Shown piece after piece: positions 12,056 to 21,458 of a DNA stretch of 64,000 nucleotides; position 1 is the first letter of the stretch, and each line of letters begins with the position of its first letter. This DNA is from Kiritimatiellia bacterium. Its GTDB lineage: Bacteria; Verrucomicrobiota; Kiritimatiellia; RFP12; JBMNHG01. The stretch lies in NCBI GenBank assembly GCA_050950285.1, contig JBMNHG010000002.1:1-64000 (forward strand), given 5' to 3'. A program made the position numbers and the translations under genes. The notes beneath the pieces are model-generated. The model worked only from the letters and a program-made list of their open reading frames with translations, ran no database searches and was not told the origin of the DNA.

Positions 12056-13467
12056 GACGCCGCGATTCCAACGACGCGCTGGCCTCCGTGCTGGCGGTGC
12101 TCGGCGATGCCGCGGCCGTGTGGCTGGGGATGATGGCCGCAGTGTGGATTCGCTTCGACAGCGGCCTCATGCCCGTGTTCCTCGGCCGCGTGCCGAACCT
12201 CTACGCGAACTACGCCCTGTTCGCGCTCCTTTCGCTGCCCATCTACCTCGTCGTCTTCCAGGTGCTGAAACTCTACTCGCGCCCGCAGACCGGCAACTTC
12301 ACCAACCGCGCCCCGCGGATTCTCCGAGCCTGCAGCTTCGGAACGCTCGGCGTGCTCGTCTTCGCCTCGCTCATCAAAAACCGCTTCCCCGTTTCCAACG
12401 CCACGATTCTCGTGTCGTTCGCCACGGTCACCCTCCTCGTCCTCCTCGAGCGCCTCCTCCTCTTCCGCTTCGAGTTCGCGCTCGCCCGGCGCGCCGAACC
12501 CATCCACCGCACGCTCCTGCTGGGCGCCGGCGACGTGGCGGTGAAGCTGCTGGCCGCCGCCGAGGGCGACCCGCGCATCCGCACCCGCGTGGTGGGCGTG
12601 CTCGCCTTCGAAGGGGAGTCGCCCGATGCGGCGCTTCCGCAGGAACTGCTGCTGGGGACCTTCGCCGACCTCGACACCACCGTCCAGGACCACGACGTCG
12701 ACCAGATCGTCCTCACCGGCAATGCGCTCTCCCACGACCAGACCGCCGCCCTCTTCCTCTTCTGCGAGCGCCGGATGATCGCCTTCACGATGGTCCCCGA
12801 CTTCTTCCGCCTGCTCACCTCGTCCCTGGACATCCACATCGTCTCGGGCATCCCCGTGCTGGGGGCGCGCCCGTGGCCGCTGGACAACGTGTGGAACCGG
12901 ATCGCCAAACGCACCGTGGACATCCTCGGCTCCTTCGTGGGGCTGGTCCTCTCCGCCCCCGTGATGGCCGTCGCCGCCTGGGCCGTGCAGCGCGAATCGC
13001 CCGGCCCCGTCTTCTACCGCCAGGAGCGCGCCGGGCGAAACGGCAAGCCGTTTTTCCTCTACAAAATCCGCACCATGCGCCCCGATGCCGAGGCTTCGGG
13101 GGGCAAGCCGGGCTGGACGGTCCCCGACGACCCGCGCCGCACGCGTTCCGGCGCCTTCCTCCGCAAATACAACCTCGACGAACTCCCCCAGTTCTGGAAC
13201 GTGCTCAAGGGCGACATGAGCCTCGTGGGGCCGCGCCCCGAGCGCCCCTATTTCATCGAACACTTCAAGACCGACATCGAACACTACATGGCGCGCCATA
13301 GCTCCAAGCCCGGAATCACGGGATGGGCGCAGGTGAACGGGCTCCGCGGCGATACCTCCATCGAAGACCGCGTCCGCTACGACATTTACTACCTCAGGAA
13401 CTGGTCCCTTGCCTTTGACCTCAAAGTGCTCGTCCGGACCTTCTTCACCAATACGAACGCCTATTGA
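12052..13467 (+). CDS. Undecaprenyl-phosphate glucose phosphotransferase (WcaJ-like priming GT)
   Basis: N-terminal TMs, [49 protein letters not shown] start overlaps the upstream stop. Confidence 0.92.
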   Translation: MRRRDSNDALASVLAVLGDAAAVWLGMMAAVWIRFDSGLMPVFLGRVPNLYANYALFALLSLPIYLVVFQVLKLYSRPQTGNFTNRAPRILRACSFGTLGVLVFASLIKNRFPVSNATILVSFATVTLLVLLERLLLFRFEFALARRAEPIHRTLLLGAGDVAVKLLAAAEGDPRIRTRVVGVLAFEGESPDAALPQELLLGTFADLDTTVQDHDVDQIVLTGNALSHDQTAALFLFCERRMIAFTMVPDFFRLLTSSLDIHIVSGIPVLGARPWPLDNVWNRIAKRTVDILGSFVGLVLSAPVMAVAAWAVQRESPGPVFYRQERAGRNGKPFFLYKIRTMRPDAEASGGKPGWTVPDDPRRTRSGAFLRKYNLDELPQFWNVLKGDMSLVGPRPERPYFIEHFKTDIEHYMARHSSKPGITGWAQVNGLRGDTSIEDRVRYDIYYLRNWSLAFDLKVLVRTFFTNTNAY

Positions 13468-13470
13468 GAA

Positions 13471-13980
13471 ATGAACGACATCAATCCCTTGAACCTGCTG
13501 GCCACCCCCTGGTTTTGGGCCGCCCTCCTCGGATGGATCGTCGCCCAGCTGATCAAGATGGTCACCCATCTCAAGGAGGGCAGGCTCGACTTCGGATACC
13601 TGTTGAGCACCGGCGGAATGCCCAGCGCCCACACCTCGATGGTGTGCGCGATGACCACCAGCATCGGCCTCACGCAGGGCTTCGATTCGCCCATGACCCT
13701 CGTCGCGCTCGCCTTCGCCAGCGTGACGATGTTCGACGCCACCAATGTGCGCCATGCCGCCGGCCAGCAGGCCCACGTGCTGAACCAGATCCTGGCCGAC
13801 CTCTTCAAAGGGCATCCGCTGAGCGGCAAGCGCCTCAAAGAACTCCTGGGCCATACCCGCTACGAAGTCTTCGGGGGCGTGGTCACCGGCGTCGTCGTGG
13901 CCATCCTCGTGGTCTACTTCTGGCGGAAGCCCTTCCCCGTCTTCGTCCGCGAATGGTCGAACCCGGTCCCAGCCCCCTGA
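13471..13980 (+). CDS. Divergent PAP2 family (DUF212) membrane protein
   Basis: AQLIK, GGMPSAH, VMFDA..VR..AG.QA..LN, LKELLGHT. Confidence 0.9.
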   Translation: MNDINPLNLLATPWFWAALLGWIVAQLIKMVTHLKEGRLDFGYLLSTGGMPSAHTSMVCAMTTSIGLTQGFDSPMTLVALAFASVTMFDATNVRHAAGQQAHVLNQILADLFKGHPLSGKRLKELLGHTRYEVFGGVVTGVVVAILVVYFWRKPFPVFVREWSNPVPAP

Positions 13981-13990
13981 CGGATCCGCC

Positions 13991-14761
13991 ATGGACGTTG
14001 AGATCATCGATTTCCACACGCATCCGTTCCTCTCCCCGGACGAGAACATCTGCAGTCACGCCGCCTCCTGCGCGATGGGCCCGCGCGAGACGGAGGAGTA
14101 CCTCCGCGGACTGGGCATTTCGCGGATCTGCGGCTCCGTGATCGGCCGCGCCGTCTCATGCTGGGCCGATTTGGTGCATCTCAACGACGACGCCCTGCGC
14201 CTTCGGGATCTCTACGGCGACTTCTACCTTCCCGGCTTCCACGTGCACCCGGACTACGTGGAGGAGTCGATCCGCGAGATGGATCGCATGCAGGGGCAAG
14301 GCGTGCGCCTGATCGGGGAACTGGTTCCCTACGCCCACGGATGGGACGACTATTCCTGCCCCGGATTCTCGGAAATTCTCGACGAGGCGGCGCGCCGCGG
14401 ACTGGTGGTCAACTTCCATGGGATGGGCGAGGATGCCATGGACCGCATGGTCCAGGCCCATCCGGACGCCGTGCTCGTCTGTGCGCACCCCGGCGAATAC
14501 GACAGCGTGATCCGCCACTTCCAGCGCATGCGGATGAGCCGGAACTACTACCTCGACCTTTCGGGGGCCGGACTCTTCCGCCACGGGATGCTCCGCCACG
14601 GCATCGACGAACACGGGGCCGAACGCTTTCTCTTCGGTTCCGACTTCCCCACCTGCGGCCCGGCGAACTACATCGGGGGCGTCGGACTCGACACGCTGGT
14701 TACCGACGCGGAGCGCCGCTTGATCTTCGCCGGAAACGCGAAACGGCTGCTTTCGTGTTAA
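13991..14761 (+). CDS. Amidohydrolase_2 family metallohydrolase
   Basis: IIDFHTH, AHPG, FLFGSDFP, IFAGNAKRLL. Confidence 0.88.
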   Translation: MDVEIIDFHTHPFLSPDENICSHAASCAMGPRETEEYLRGLGISRICGSVIGRAVSCWADLVHLNDDALRLRDLYGDFYLPGFHVHPDYVEESIREMDRMQGQGVRLIGELVPYAHGWDDYSCPGFSEILDEAARRGLVVNFHGMGEDAMDRMVQAHPDAVLVCAHPGEYDSVIRHFQRMRMSRNYYLDLSGAGLFRHGMLRHGIDEHGAERFLFGSDFPTCGPANYIGGVGLDTLVTDAERRLIFAGNAKRLLSC

Positions 14762-14876
14762 AGGCGTCCCGACCGCTCCGGCGAGACGCCCGCTGAACCG
14801 CATCGCCCTCCCAGCCGTTTCTTCCGGATGAAGCCCCGGAGCGTCCGGCGGACCGTACATCGACAGGAGAGACGGG

Positions 14877-15812
14877 ATGAAGAACCAGCAAAAAAACGGA
14901 TTCACCCTTGTGGAACTGGTGATGGTGATCGCCATCCTTTCCATCATCACCACCCTTGCGGTGCAGCGCTTCGGCAACATGCAGGCCATTGCGGCGCGAA
15001 AGGTCTCGATCGCCAGCCAGCAGGCCGTGGGGCGCGCCGTGGAATCCTTCCTCTCCGTGAATCGCGGGACGGGATTGAACCGGCTTGACGCCCTCGTCGG
15101 CTACGGCGTCACGGGCGGTGCGCACGGCTTCCGCTACGGGGACGCCGCCACCCTGGGCCTCTACTGCGGCCCCACCGACCTCGGGTCCCTGGACGCGGCG
15201 ACGGTCGCCCGGAAGAACCAGGGCCTTTCCGACGGACTCCGCGACGTGCTGTGCACGTACACGATCGACGCCGCGGAAAGCCGTGCGCTGCGCGACATCG
15301 GACTCGTCTACGTGATGCGCCATTCCCTGAAGGCGGAGGGGCTTTCCGCAAGCCAGGGGGACGACAACGCCTATCCGCAAGTCTCCGACGGGCTGGATCC
15401 GGAGCTCTCCGCATGCCTTGCCACCTTCGTCACCGACAACCTCGTCTGCGCCGCCGTGAGCGGGAAGACCGAAGCGGGGCGCGCCATCTATCGCGACTGC
15501 GGTGCGGAGCTGCTCTCCAGCGATGCGGGGGGCTCGTATTCGGATGCCGGCGTCCTCGAGGAGATCGAGGCCGCGGGCGGTCCGCTGCTCGCCTTTGGCG
15601 TGGGCCCCGCCGCCTCCATCGTCGGCGCCGCGAGCATGGGCCTCGAAGCCGCGCCCTACAGCGAAATCCTGCAGACGAACCGCTACCGGCAATACATCGT
15701 GCTCTTCCGCCTGCGACGGCACGCCGGGACGGAGGCGGTCACGGCGGAATTCGCGGGCGTCCTCGATCCCGAAGGCCACACCATCCGCGCCGCCCGCAGG
15801 CTGTTGAACTAA
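14877..15812 (+). CDS. Prepilin-type N-methylation domain protein
   Basis: KKNG|FTLVELVMVIAILSII class III signal. Confidence 0.88.
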   Translation: MKNQQKNGFTLVELVMVIAILSIITTLAVQRFGNMQAIAARKVSIASQQAVGRAVESFLSVNRGTGLNRLDALVGYGVTGGAHGFRYGDAATLGLYCGPTDLGSLDAATVARKNQGLSDGLRDVLCTYTIDAAESRALRDIGLVYVMRHSLKAEGLSASQGDDNAYPQVSDGLDPELSACLATFVTDNLVCAAVSGKTEAGRAIYRDCGAELLSSDAGGSYSDAGVLEEIEAAGGPLLAFGVGPAASIVGAASMGLEAAPYSEILQTNRYRQYIVLFRLRRHAGTEAVTAEFAGVLDPEGHTIRAARRLLN

Positions 15813-15859
15813 GCCCAACCACGGCACGGGAGGCCTCCGGCGGCCTCCCGGACGGACGG

Positions 15860-15897
15860 GACGGGCGGGACGCCGCCCTGTCCCGCCCGTCTTTTTT
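15860..15897 (+). terminator. Rho-independent terminator
   Basis: 12-bp stem GACGGGCGGGAC/GTCCCGCCCGTC plus T6; a second hairpin (CGGGAGGCC/GGCCTCCCG) lies just upstream. Confidence 0.8.
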
Positions 15898-16040
15898 CGC
15901 GCCGGCGCCCCCTGGGAAGCCTCGCTCCCTCATCTTCGCCTTGACTATCCGGGCGGGATATGAGACCGTTTGCGAATTGTTCATCCGCCCCCTTTTGCGT
16001 CACAAGACCTACGACCAACGACCGAAGGAATACCATCATC

Positions 16041-16520
16041 ATGAGTGAAGAACTCGTACAGCTGACGCCTGAGCTGAAGGCGTTCATCGCCGAGTGGAAA
16101 TCGAAGCCGGGGAACCTGATCATGGTCCTGCACAAGATCCAGCAGGCCTACGGCTACATCCCGCGCGACATCGCGATCGAAATTTCGGAACTGCTCGAGA
16201 TCCCGCTTGCCAAGATCTACGGCGTGATCACCTTCTACAACTTTTTCAAGCTCCAGAAGGCCGGCAAGCACCTCATCCAGGTGTGCCTCGGCACCGCCTG
16301 CTACCTGCGCGGCGGCGACGACCTGCTGAAGGCCTTCGAGCAGGAACTGGGCGTGGGCGTGAACACCACGACGCCGGATGGATTGTTCTCGGTCGAAGCG
16401 GTTCGCTGCCTCGGCTGCTGCGGCCTCGCGCCCGTGGCGGTCGTCGACGGCGAAGTCCACGGCAAGATCTCGGCCAAGGACGTCCCCGCCATCATCCGGA
16501 AGTACAGGACCCAAGGGTAG
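16041..16520 (+). CDS. hndA: [FeFe]-hydrogenase NuoE-like [2Fe-2S] subunit
   Basis: VCLGTACYLRG, VRCLGCCGLAP, YGVITFY. Confidence 0.9.
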   Translation: MSEELVQLTPELKAFIAEWKSKPGNLIMVLHKIQQAYGYIPRDIAIEISELLEIPLAKIYGVITFYNFFKLQKAGKHLIQVCLGTACYLRGGDDLLKAFEQELGVGVNTTTPDGLFSVEAVRCLGCCGLAPVAVVDGEVHGKISAKDVPAIIRKYRTQG

Positions 16521-16537
16521 AGAAGAGGAACACCGAC

Positions 16538-16933
16538 ATGGCCAAGCTTACACTGGAAGACCTGCGCAAGATGCGCGAAGAGAAACAGAAGGCGCTCGAC
16601 ATGCGCGATTCGTCCAACAAGGACGTGCAGGTGATCGTCGGCATGGGCACCTGCGGCATCGCGGCCGGCGCGAAAGACACCTTCACCGCGCTGATCGACA
16701 CCCTCGCCGTCAGAAACCTCTCGAACGTGCTCGTTCGCCAGACCGGCTGCATGGGCCTCTGCCACTCGGAGCCCACGGTGGAGGTGGTCGTCCCGGGCAT
16801 GCCGACGGTCATCTACGGCAACGTGGACGCCGCGACGGCCAAGGACATCGTCGAGCAGCACATCGTCGGGCGCAAGCTCGTCGAGGGCAAGATCCTCGAC
16901 CACCCGTCGATCGACATCGTCAAGAACGCGTAA
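16538..16933 (+). CDS. hndB: Thioredoxin-like [2Fe-2S] ferredoxin subunit
   Basis: VGMGTCGIAAGA, TGCMGLCHSEP; RBS-like AGAGGA upstream. Confidence 0.87.
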   Translation: MAKLTLEDLRKMREEKQKALDMRDSSNKDVQVIVGMGTCGIAAGAKDTFTALIDTLAVRNLSNVLVRQTGCMGLCHSEPTVEVVVPGMPTVIYGNVDAATAKDIVEQHIVGRKLVEGKILDHPSIDIVKNA

Positions 16934-16945
16934 GGAGTCCCGGAC

Positions 16946-18733
16946 ATGGCATTTGAAAACTACGTTCTCGTGTGCGGGGGCACGGCGTGCTTCTCGTGCG
17001 GCGGCGGCCAGATCGTCGAAGCGTTCGCGAAAGAGCTCGAGGCGGCCGGCCTCAAGGACAAGGTGCAGGTCGTCACCACGGGATGCCTCGGCTTCTGCGA
17101 GCAGGGGCCGATCGTCAAGATCCTTCCCCAGGGCACCTTCTACGTGCAGGTGAAGGAGGATGACGTCAGGGAGATCGTCGCGGAGCACCTCGTGAAGGGC
17201 CGCGTGGTCCAGCGCCTTTGCTACGACCCCGAGCAGGCGAAGCGCCTCGTCGCCGAAGCCAACATCCCCTTTTACCAGAAGCAGTACCGCATCGTGCTGC
17301 GCAACTGCGGCGTGATCGACCCCGAGAAGATCGACGACTACATCGCCCGCGACGGCTACAAGGCCATCGAGAAGGTTCTCTTCGAGATGACGCCCCAGCA
17401 GGTCGTCGACGAACTGGTCAAGTCGGGCCTGCGCGGCCGCGGTGGCGCGGGCTTCCCCACCGGCCTGAAATGGAAGTTCGCCCAGCAGCAGCCGGAAGGC
17501 CAGAAGTACATGGTGTGCAATGCCGACGAAGGCGACCCGGGAGCCTACATGGACCGGTCGACCCTCGAGGGCGACCCCCACTCCATCCTCGAAGCCATGA
17601 CCATCGGCGGGTACGCGATCGGCGCCTCCAAGGGCTTCATCTACATCCGCGCGGAATACCCGCTCGCGATCCGCCGCCTGAAGATCGCCATCGACCAGGC
17701 GCGCGAGCTCGGCCTCCTCGGCGAGGACATCCTCGGCAGCGGCTTCTCGTTCGACATCGAGCTCCGCTTCGGCGCCGGCGCGTTCGTCTGCGGCGAAGAG
17801 ACCGCCCTCCTGCAGTCCATCGAAGGCAACCGCGGCATGCCGCGCCCCCGTCCGCCCTTCCCGGCCGTCAAGGGGCTCTGGGGCCGTCCGACGGTGATCA
17901 ACAACGTCGAGACCCTCGCGAACGTCCCCGTGATCCTCACCAAGGGAGCCGACTGGTTCAACAAGATCGGCACCGCCACCACGAAGGGCACGAAGGTCTT
18001 CGCGCTGACCGGCAAGGTGAACAACTCCGGCCTCATCGAGGTCCCGATGGGCACCACCCTGCGCGAGATCATCTTCGACATCGGCGGCGGCATCCGCGAC
18101 GGCCACCAGTTCAAGGCGGCCCAGACGGGAGGTCCCTCCGGCGGCATCATCCCGCCCCAGTTCCTCGACACGCCGATCGACTACGAGTCGCTCGCGAAGA
18201 TCGGCTCGATCATGGGCTCCGGCGGCCTCATCGTGATGGACGAGACGGACTGCGTGGTCGACATCGCGAAGTTCTACCTCGACTTCACCGTGGACGAAAG
18301 CTGCGGCAAGTGCGCGCCGTGCCGCATCGGCGGGCGCAAGCTCCTCAACTACCTTGGCAAGATCGCCGACGGACGCGGGTCCGACCAGGACATCGCCGAC
18401 ATGGAGGCCATCTGCGACGCCATGAACAAGTCCTCGCTCTGCGGCCTCGGGCAGACGGCCTCGAACCCCGTCCGTTCCACGCTGCGCTACTTCATGGACG
18501 AGTATCTGGAACACATCCACGACAAGAAGTGCCGCTCGGGCAAATGCTCGAAGCTCGTCACCTACACGATCGACCCCGCGAAGTGCAAGGGCTGCACCCT
18601 GTGCGCCCGCAAATGTCCTGCCGGCGCGATTTCCGGCGCACTGAAGGAGCCTCACGCGATCGACCCCGCGAAGTGCATCAAGTGCGGCCAATGCGAGGCC
18701 GCTTGCAAGTTTGGCGCGATCTCGCACAAGTGA
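16946..18733 (+). CDS. hndC: NuoF-like FMN/NAD(P)H-binding diaphorase subunit
   Basis: GLRGRGGAGFPTG, CNADEGDPGAYMD, FVCGEETAL, ESCGKCAPCR, C-terminal 2x[4Fe-4S]. Confidence 0.93.
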   Translation: MAFENYVLVCGGTACFSCGGGQIVEAFAKELEAAGLKDKVQVVTTGCLGFCEQGPIVKILPQGTFYVQVKEDDVREIVAEHLVKGRVVQRLCYDPEQAKRLVAEANIPFYQKQYRIVLRNCGVIDPEKIDDYIARDGYKAIEKVLFEMTPQQVVDELVKSGLRGRGGAGFPTGLKWKFAQQQPEGQKYMVCNADEGDPGAYMDRSTLEGDPHSILEAMTIGGYAIGASKGFIYIRAEYPLAIRRLKIAIDQARELGLLGEDILGSGFSFDIELRFGAGAFVCGEETALLQSIEGNRGMPRPRPPFPAVKGLWGRPTVINNVETLANVPVILTKGADWFNKIGTATTKGTKVFALTGKVNNSGLIEVPMGTTLREIIFDIGGGIRDGHQFKAAQTGGPSGGIIPPQFLDTPIDYESLAKIGSIMGSGGLIVMDETDCVVDIAKFYLDFTVDESCGKCAPCRIGGRKLLNYLGKIADGRGSDQDIADMEAICDAMNKSSLCGLGQTASNPVRSTLRYFMDEYLEHIHDKKCRSGKCSKLVTYTIDPAKCKGCTLCARKCPAGAISGALKEPHAIDPAKCIKCGQCEAACKFGAISHK

Positions 18734-18755
18734 GGCGGGAAGAAAGGCTTTAGAA

Positions 18756-20555
18756 ATGGCTACCGAAATGATTTCCCTCGTTGTCAACGGCATCGGCGTC
18801 TCCGTGCCGAAGGGCTCCAACCTGCTCGTCGCAGCCCAGGCCGCCCATGTCAAGATTCCCACCCTCTGCTACCATCCCGACCTCAAGCCGGGGGCGAGCT
18901 GCGGAATCTGCGTCGTGCGGCAACTCGTCCCCAGCCGGAACCCTGCGGACAACGGCAAGCTCGTCCCCAGCCCGAAGCTGCTCCGCGCCTGCTGCACCGA
19001 AGCGACCGAAGGCATGCGGATCGTCACGCACGACCCCGACATCGTCCAGGTGCGCAAGACCGTCCTGGAGCTCATCCTCGCGAACCACCCTTCCGACTGC
19101 CTCCAGTGCCCCCGGTCGGGCAGCTGCGAGCTCCAGGCCATCGCGGCAAACTTCGGCATCCGCGACATCCCCTTCCCGAAGGAGGTCATCCACCACGAGC
19201 CGGACACCTCGACGCCATCGATCGTGCTCAACCCCGACAAGTGCATCAAGTGCGGCCGCTGCGTGGAAGTCTGCCAGGAGATGCAGAACGTCTGGGCGCT
19301 CGAGTTCATCGGACGCGGCGAGAAGACCGTCATCAAGCCGGCGGCGGATGTCTTGCTCAATGACTCCCCGTGCATCAAGTGCGGCCAGTGCTCCGCCCAC
19401 TGCCCCGTCGGCGCGATCTACGAAAAGGACCACACCGGCGACGTCTGGGCGGCACTCCGCAACCCCGACAAGATCTGCGTCGTGCAGATCGCCCCGGCCG
19501 TCCGCGTCGCCCTGGGCGAGGCCTTCGGCATGCAGCCCGGCGAACTCGTCACCGGCAAGATCTACGCCGCGCTGCGCCGCCTTGGCTTCGACAAGGTCTT
19601 CGACACGAACTACTCGGCCGACGTCACCATCATGGAGGAAGGCACCGAGTTCATCAAGCGCTTCACCGCAGGCTCGAAGCTCCCGCTCATCACGAGCTGC
19701 TGCCCGTCCTGGACCGACTGGATGCAGAAGTACGCCCCGGACTTCGCGGAAAACTTCTCCTCCGCCAAGTCGCCCCAGCAGATGCTCTCCGCCCTCGCCA
19801 AGAGCTACTGGGCGGAAAAGGAAGGAATCGACAGCGCCCGCATCCACGTCACCTCGATCATGCCCTGCACGGCCAAGAAGCACGAGATTTCGCGCTCGCA
19901 CGAGATGTCCGCCACCGGCCAGCAGGACACGGACGTCGTCCTCACGACCCGCGAGCTCGCCCGCATGATCAAGGTCGCGGGCATCGACTTCACGGATCTT
20001 CCGGAAGAGCCCGCCGACGAACTCCTGGGCGCCTACACCGGCGCAGGGACGATCTTCGGCGTCACCGGCGGCGTGATGGAAGCCGCCCTCCGTACCGCCT
20101 ATTGCCTGATCACCGGGAAGGACGCCCCCCCGGCGATCGACTTCCACTCCGTCCGCGGCATGAAGGGCATCAAAGAGGCGGAGATCGACATCGACGGCGC
20201 CAAGGTCCGTGTCGCCGTGGCCCACCAGATGGGGAACGTCGAGAAGGTCCTCAATGCCATCCGCGACGACCTCAAGGCCGGACGCAAGCCCCGCTACGAC
20301 TTCATCGAAGTCATGGCCTGCCGCGGCGGCTGCATCGGCGGCGGCGGCCAGCCCTGCCTGGCCACGGACGCCGTCCGCGCCCTCCGCACCAAGGGCCTCT
20401 ATTCCGACGACGAGAAGAGCGTCATCCGGATGTCGCACCTCAACCCGCAGGTGCAGGCCCTCTACAAGGACTACCTTGGCGAGCCCGGTTCGGAGAAGGC
20501 GGAGCAACTCCTCCACACGGGCTACAAGCAGGTGGACGTCTACAAGTTCGACTGA
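18756..20555 (+). CDS. hndD: [FeFe]-hydrogenase catalytic subunit (group A)
   Basis: H-cluster motifs TSCCPSW, MPCTAKKHE, EVMACRGGCIGGGGQP; N-terminal Fe-S domains. Confidence 0.95.
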   Translation: MATEMISLVVNGIGVSVPKGSNLLVAAQAAHVKIPTLCYHPDLKPGASCGICVVRQLVPSRNPADNGKLVPSPKLLRACCTEATEGMRIVTHDPDIVQVRKTVLELILANHPSDCLQCPRSGSCELQAIAANFGIRDIPFPKEVIHHEPDTSTPSIVLNPDKCIKCGRCVEVCQEMQNVWALEFIGRGEKTVIKPAADVLLNDSPCIKCGQCSAHCPVGAIYEKDHTGDVWAALRNPDKICVVQIAPAVRVALGEAFGMQPGELVTGKIYAALRRLGFDKVFDTNYSADVTIMEEGTEFIKRFTAGSKLPLITSCCPSWTDWMQKYAPDFAENFSSAKSPQQMLSALAKSYWAEKEGIDSARIHVTSIMPCTAKKHEISRSHEMSATGQQDTDVVLTTRELARMIKVAGIDFTDLPEEPADELLGAYTGAGTIFGVTGGVMEAALRTAYCLITGKDAPPAIDFHSVRGMKGIKEAEIDIDGAKVRVAVAHQMGNVEKVLNAIRDDLKAGRKPRYDFIEVMACRGGCIGGGGQPCLATDAVRALRTKGLYSDDEKSVIRMSHLNPQVQALYKDYLGEPGSEKAEQLLHTGYKQVDVYKFD

Positions 20556-20748
20556 TCCCCGCCCGCGACAAACCTCCCGGCGGGAAGCGGTGCGCCGCCC
20601 CCCGTCGAGGAAGATCCCTTCGCCCACGGCCATCTCACGGTCGTGGGCGTTTTGTTCCGTGCCGCCCGCCCCGTGCGTGGCGAACGTCGGATACGCACGC
20701 GGCATCGGGGGGTTGACGCCGGGGGCGTTCCATGCGAAAGTTCCCCGC

Positions 20749-21441
20749 ATGAGATGGGCTTTGTTTCTTCTGTGTTTCGCTCTGGGGCTTGCCGGACGAC
20801 GGGTTGCCGCGGACGAAGCGCCGGCCTTGGGCGGGGATGGCCGCGCGACGAATCTGGTGGCGAACGGGGGCTTCGAGGAGGCCGACCCCGGGGATCCCCG
20901 GCGTCCCTTCCGCTGGGAGCTGCCGGATGGACTGGGGGTTCGCTGGGAGGAGGCACCCGATGGGGAGGGACGCGCCATTGCGCTGGACACCTCGATTCCG
21001 GAGGTGGACATGGTCGAGAGCTGGCGGCGGGCCGGCCTTTCGGACTCCTGGGACATTCCCGACCCTGCCGGGAATGCGATTGCCGAAACCTATGGGCTCA
21101 GCTACTACTCCGACGCCTTCCCGGTGGTCTCCGGCCAGACCTACCGGGTCAGCTGCCGGGTGCGCGGCGGCTCTTCGGCGAAGGTCTGGGTACGGGGGTA
21201 CGGAATGTTCCGGGGAACGATGCGGCGGCGTTACGAGGCCGTCATGAGCGTGTCCCCCGCGCCGGAGGAGTGGCGTTCCGCGAGCCTCGTCTTCCATCCC
21301 ACAAGGGCGCGCCCCGACGTGGCGGAGGTGCGCGTGATGCTGTACGCCTACTATCCGCCGGCGGTCACATGGTTCGACGACGTGCGGGTGGAGCCGTTCG
21401 ACGAATCGTCCGGAGGCGACGCCGGTCCCGTCGCGCAATAG
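20749..21441 (+). CDS. Secreted galactose-binding-like (CBM4/9-like) domain protein
   Basis: Signal peptide, NLVANGGFEE ... VTWFDDVRVE. Confidence 0.7.
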   Translation: MRWALFLLCFALGLAGRRVAADEAPALGGDGRATNLVANGGFEEADPGDPRRPFRWELPDGLGVRWEEAPDGEGRAIALDTSIPEVDMVESWRRAGLSDSWDIPDPAGNAIAETYGLSYYSDAFPVVSGQTYRVSCRVRGGSSAKVWVRGYGMFRGTMRRRYEAVMSVSPAPEEWRSASLVFHPTRARPDVAEVRVMLYAYYPPAVTWFDDVRVEPFDESSGGDAGPVAQ

Positions 21442-21458
21442 GTGGATTCCGCAGGGGC

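Noticed and set aside
15968..15990. Rex-like operator upstream of the hydrogenase (TTGCGAATTGTTCAT)
   Set aside because: Only a half match to TTGTGAA-N4-TTCACAA, with wrong spacing.
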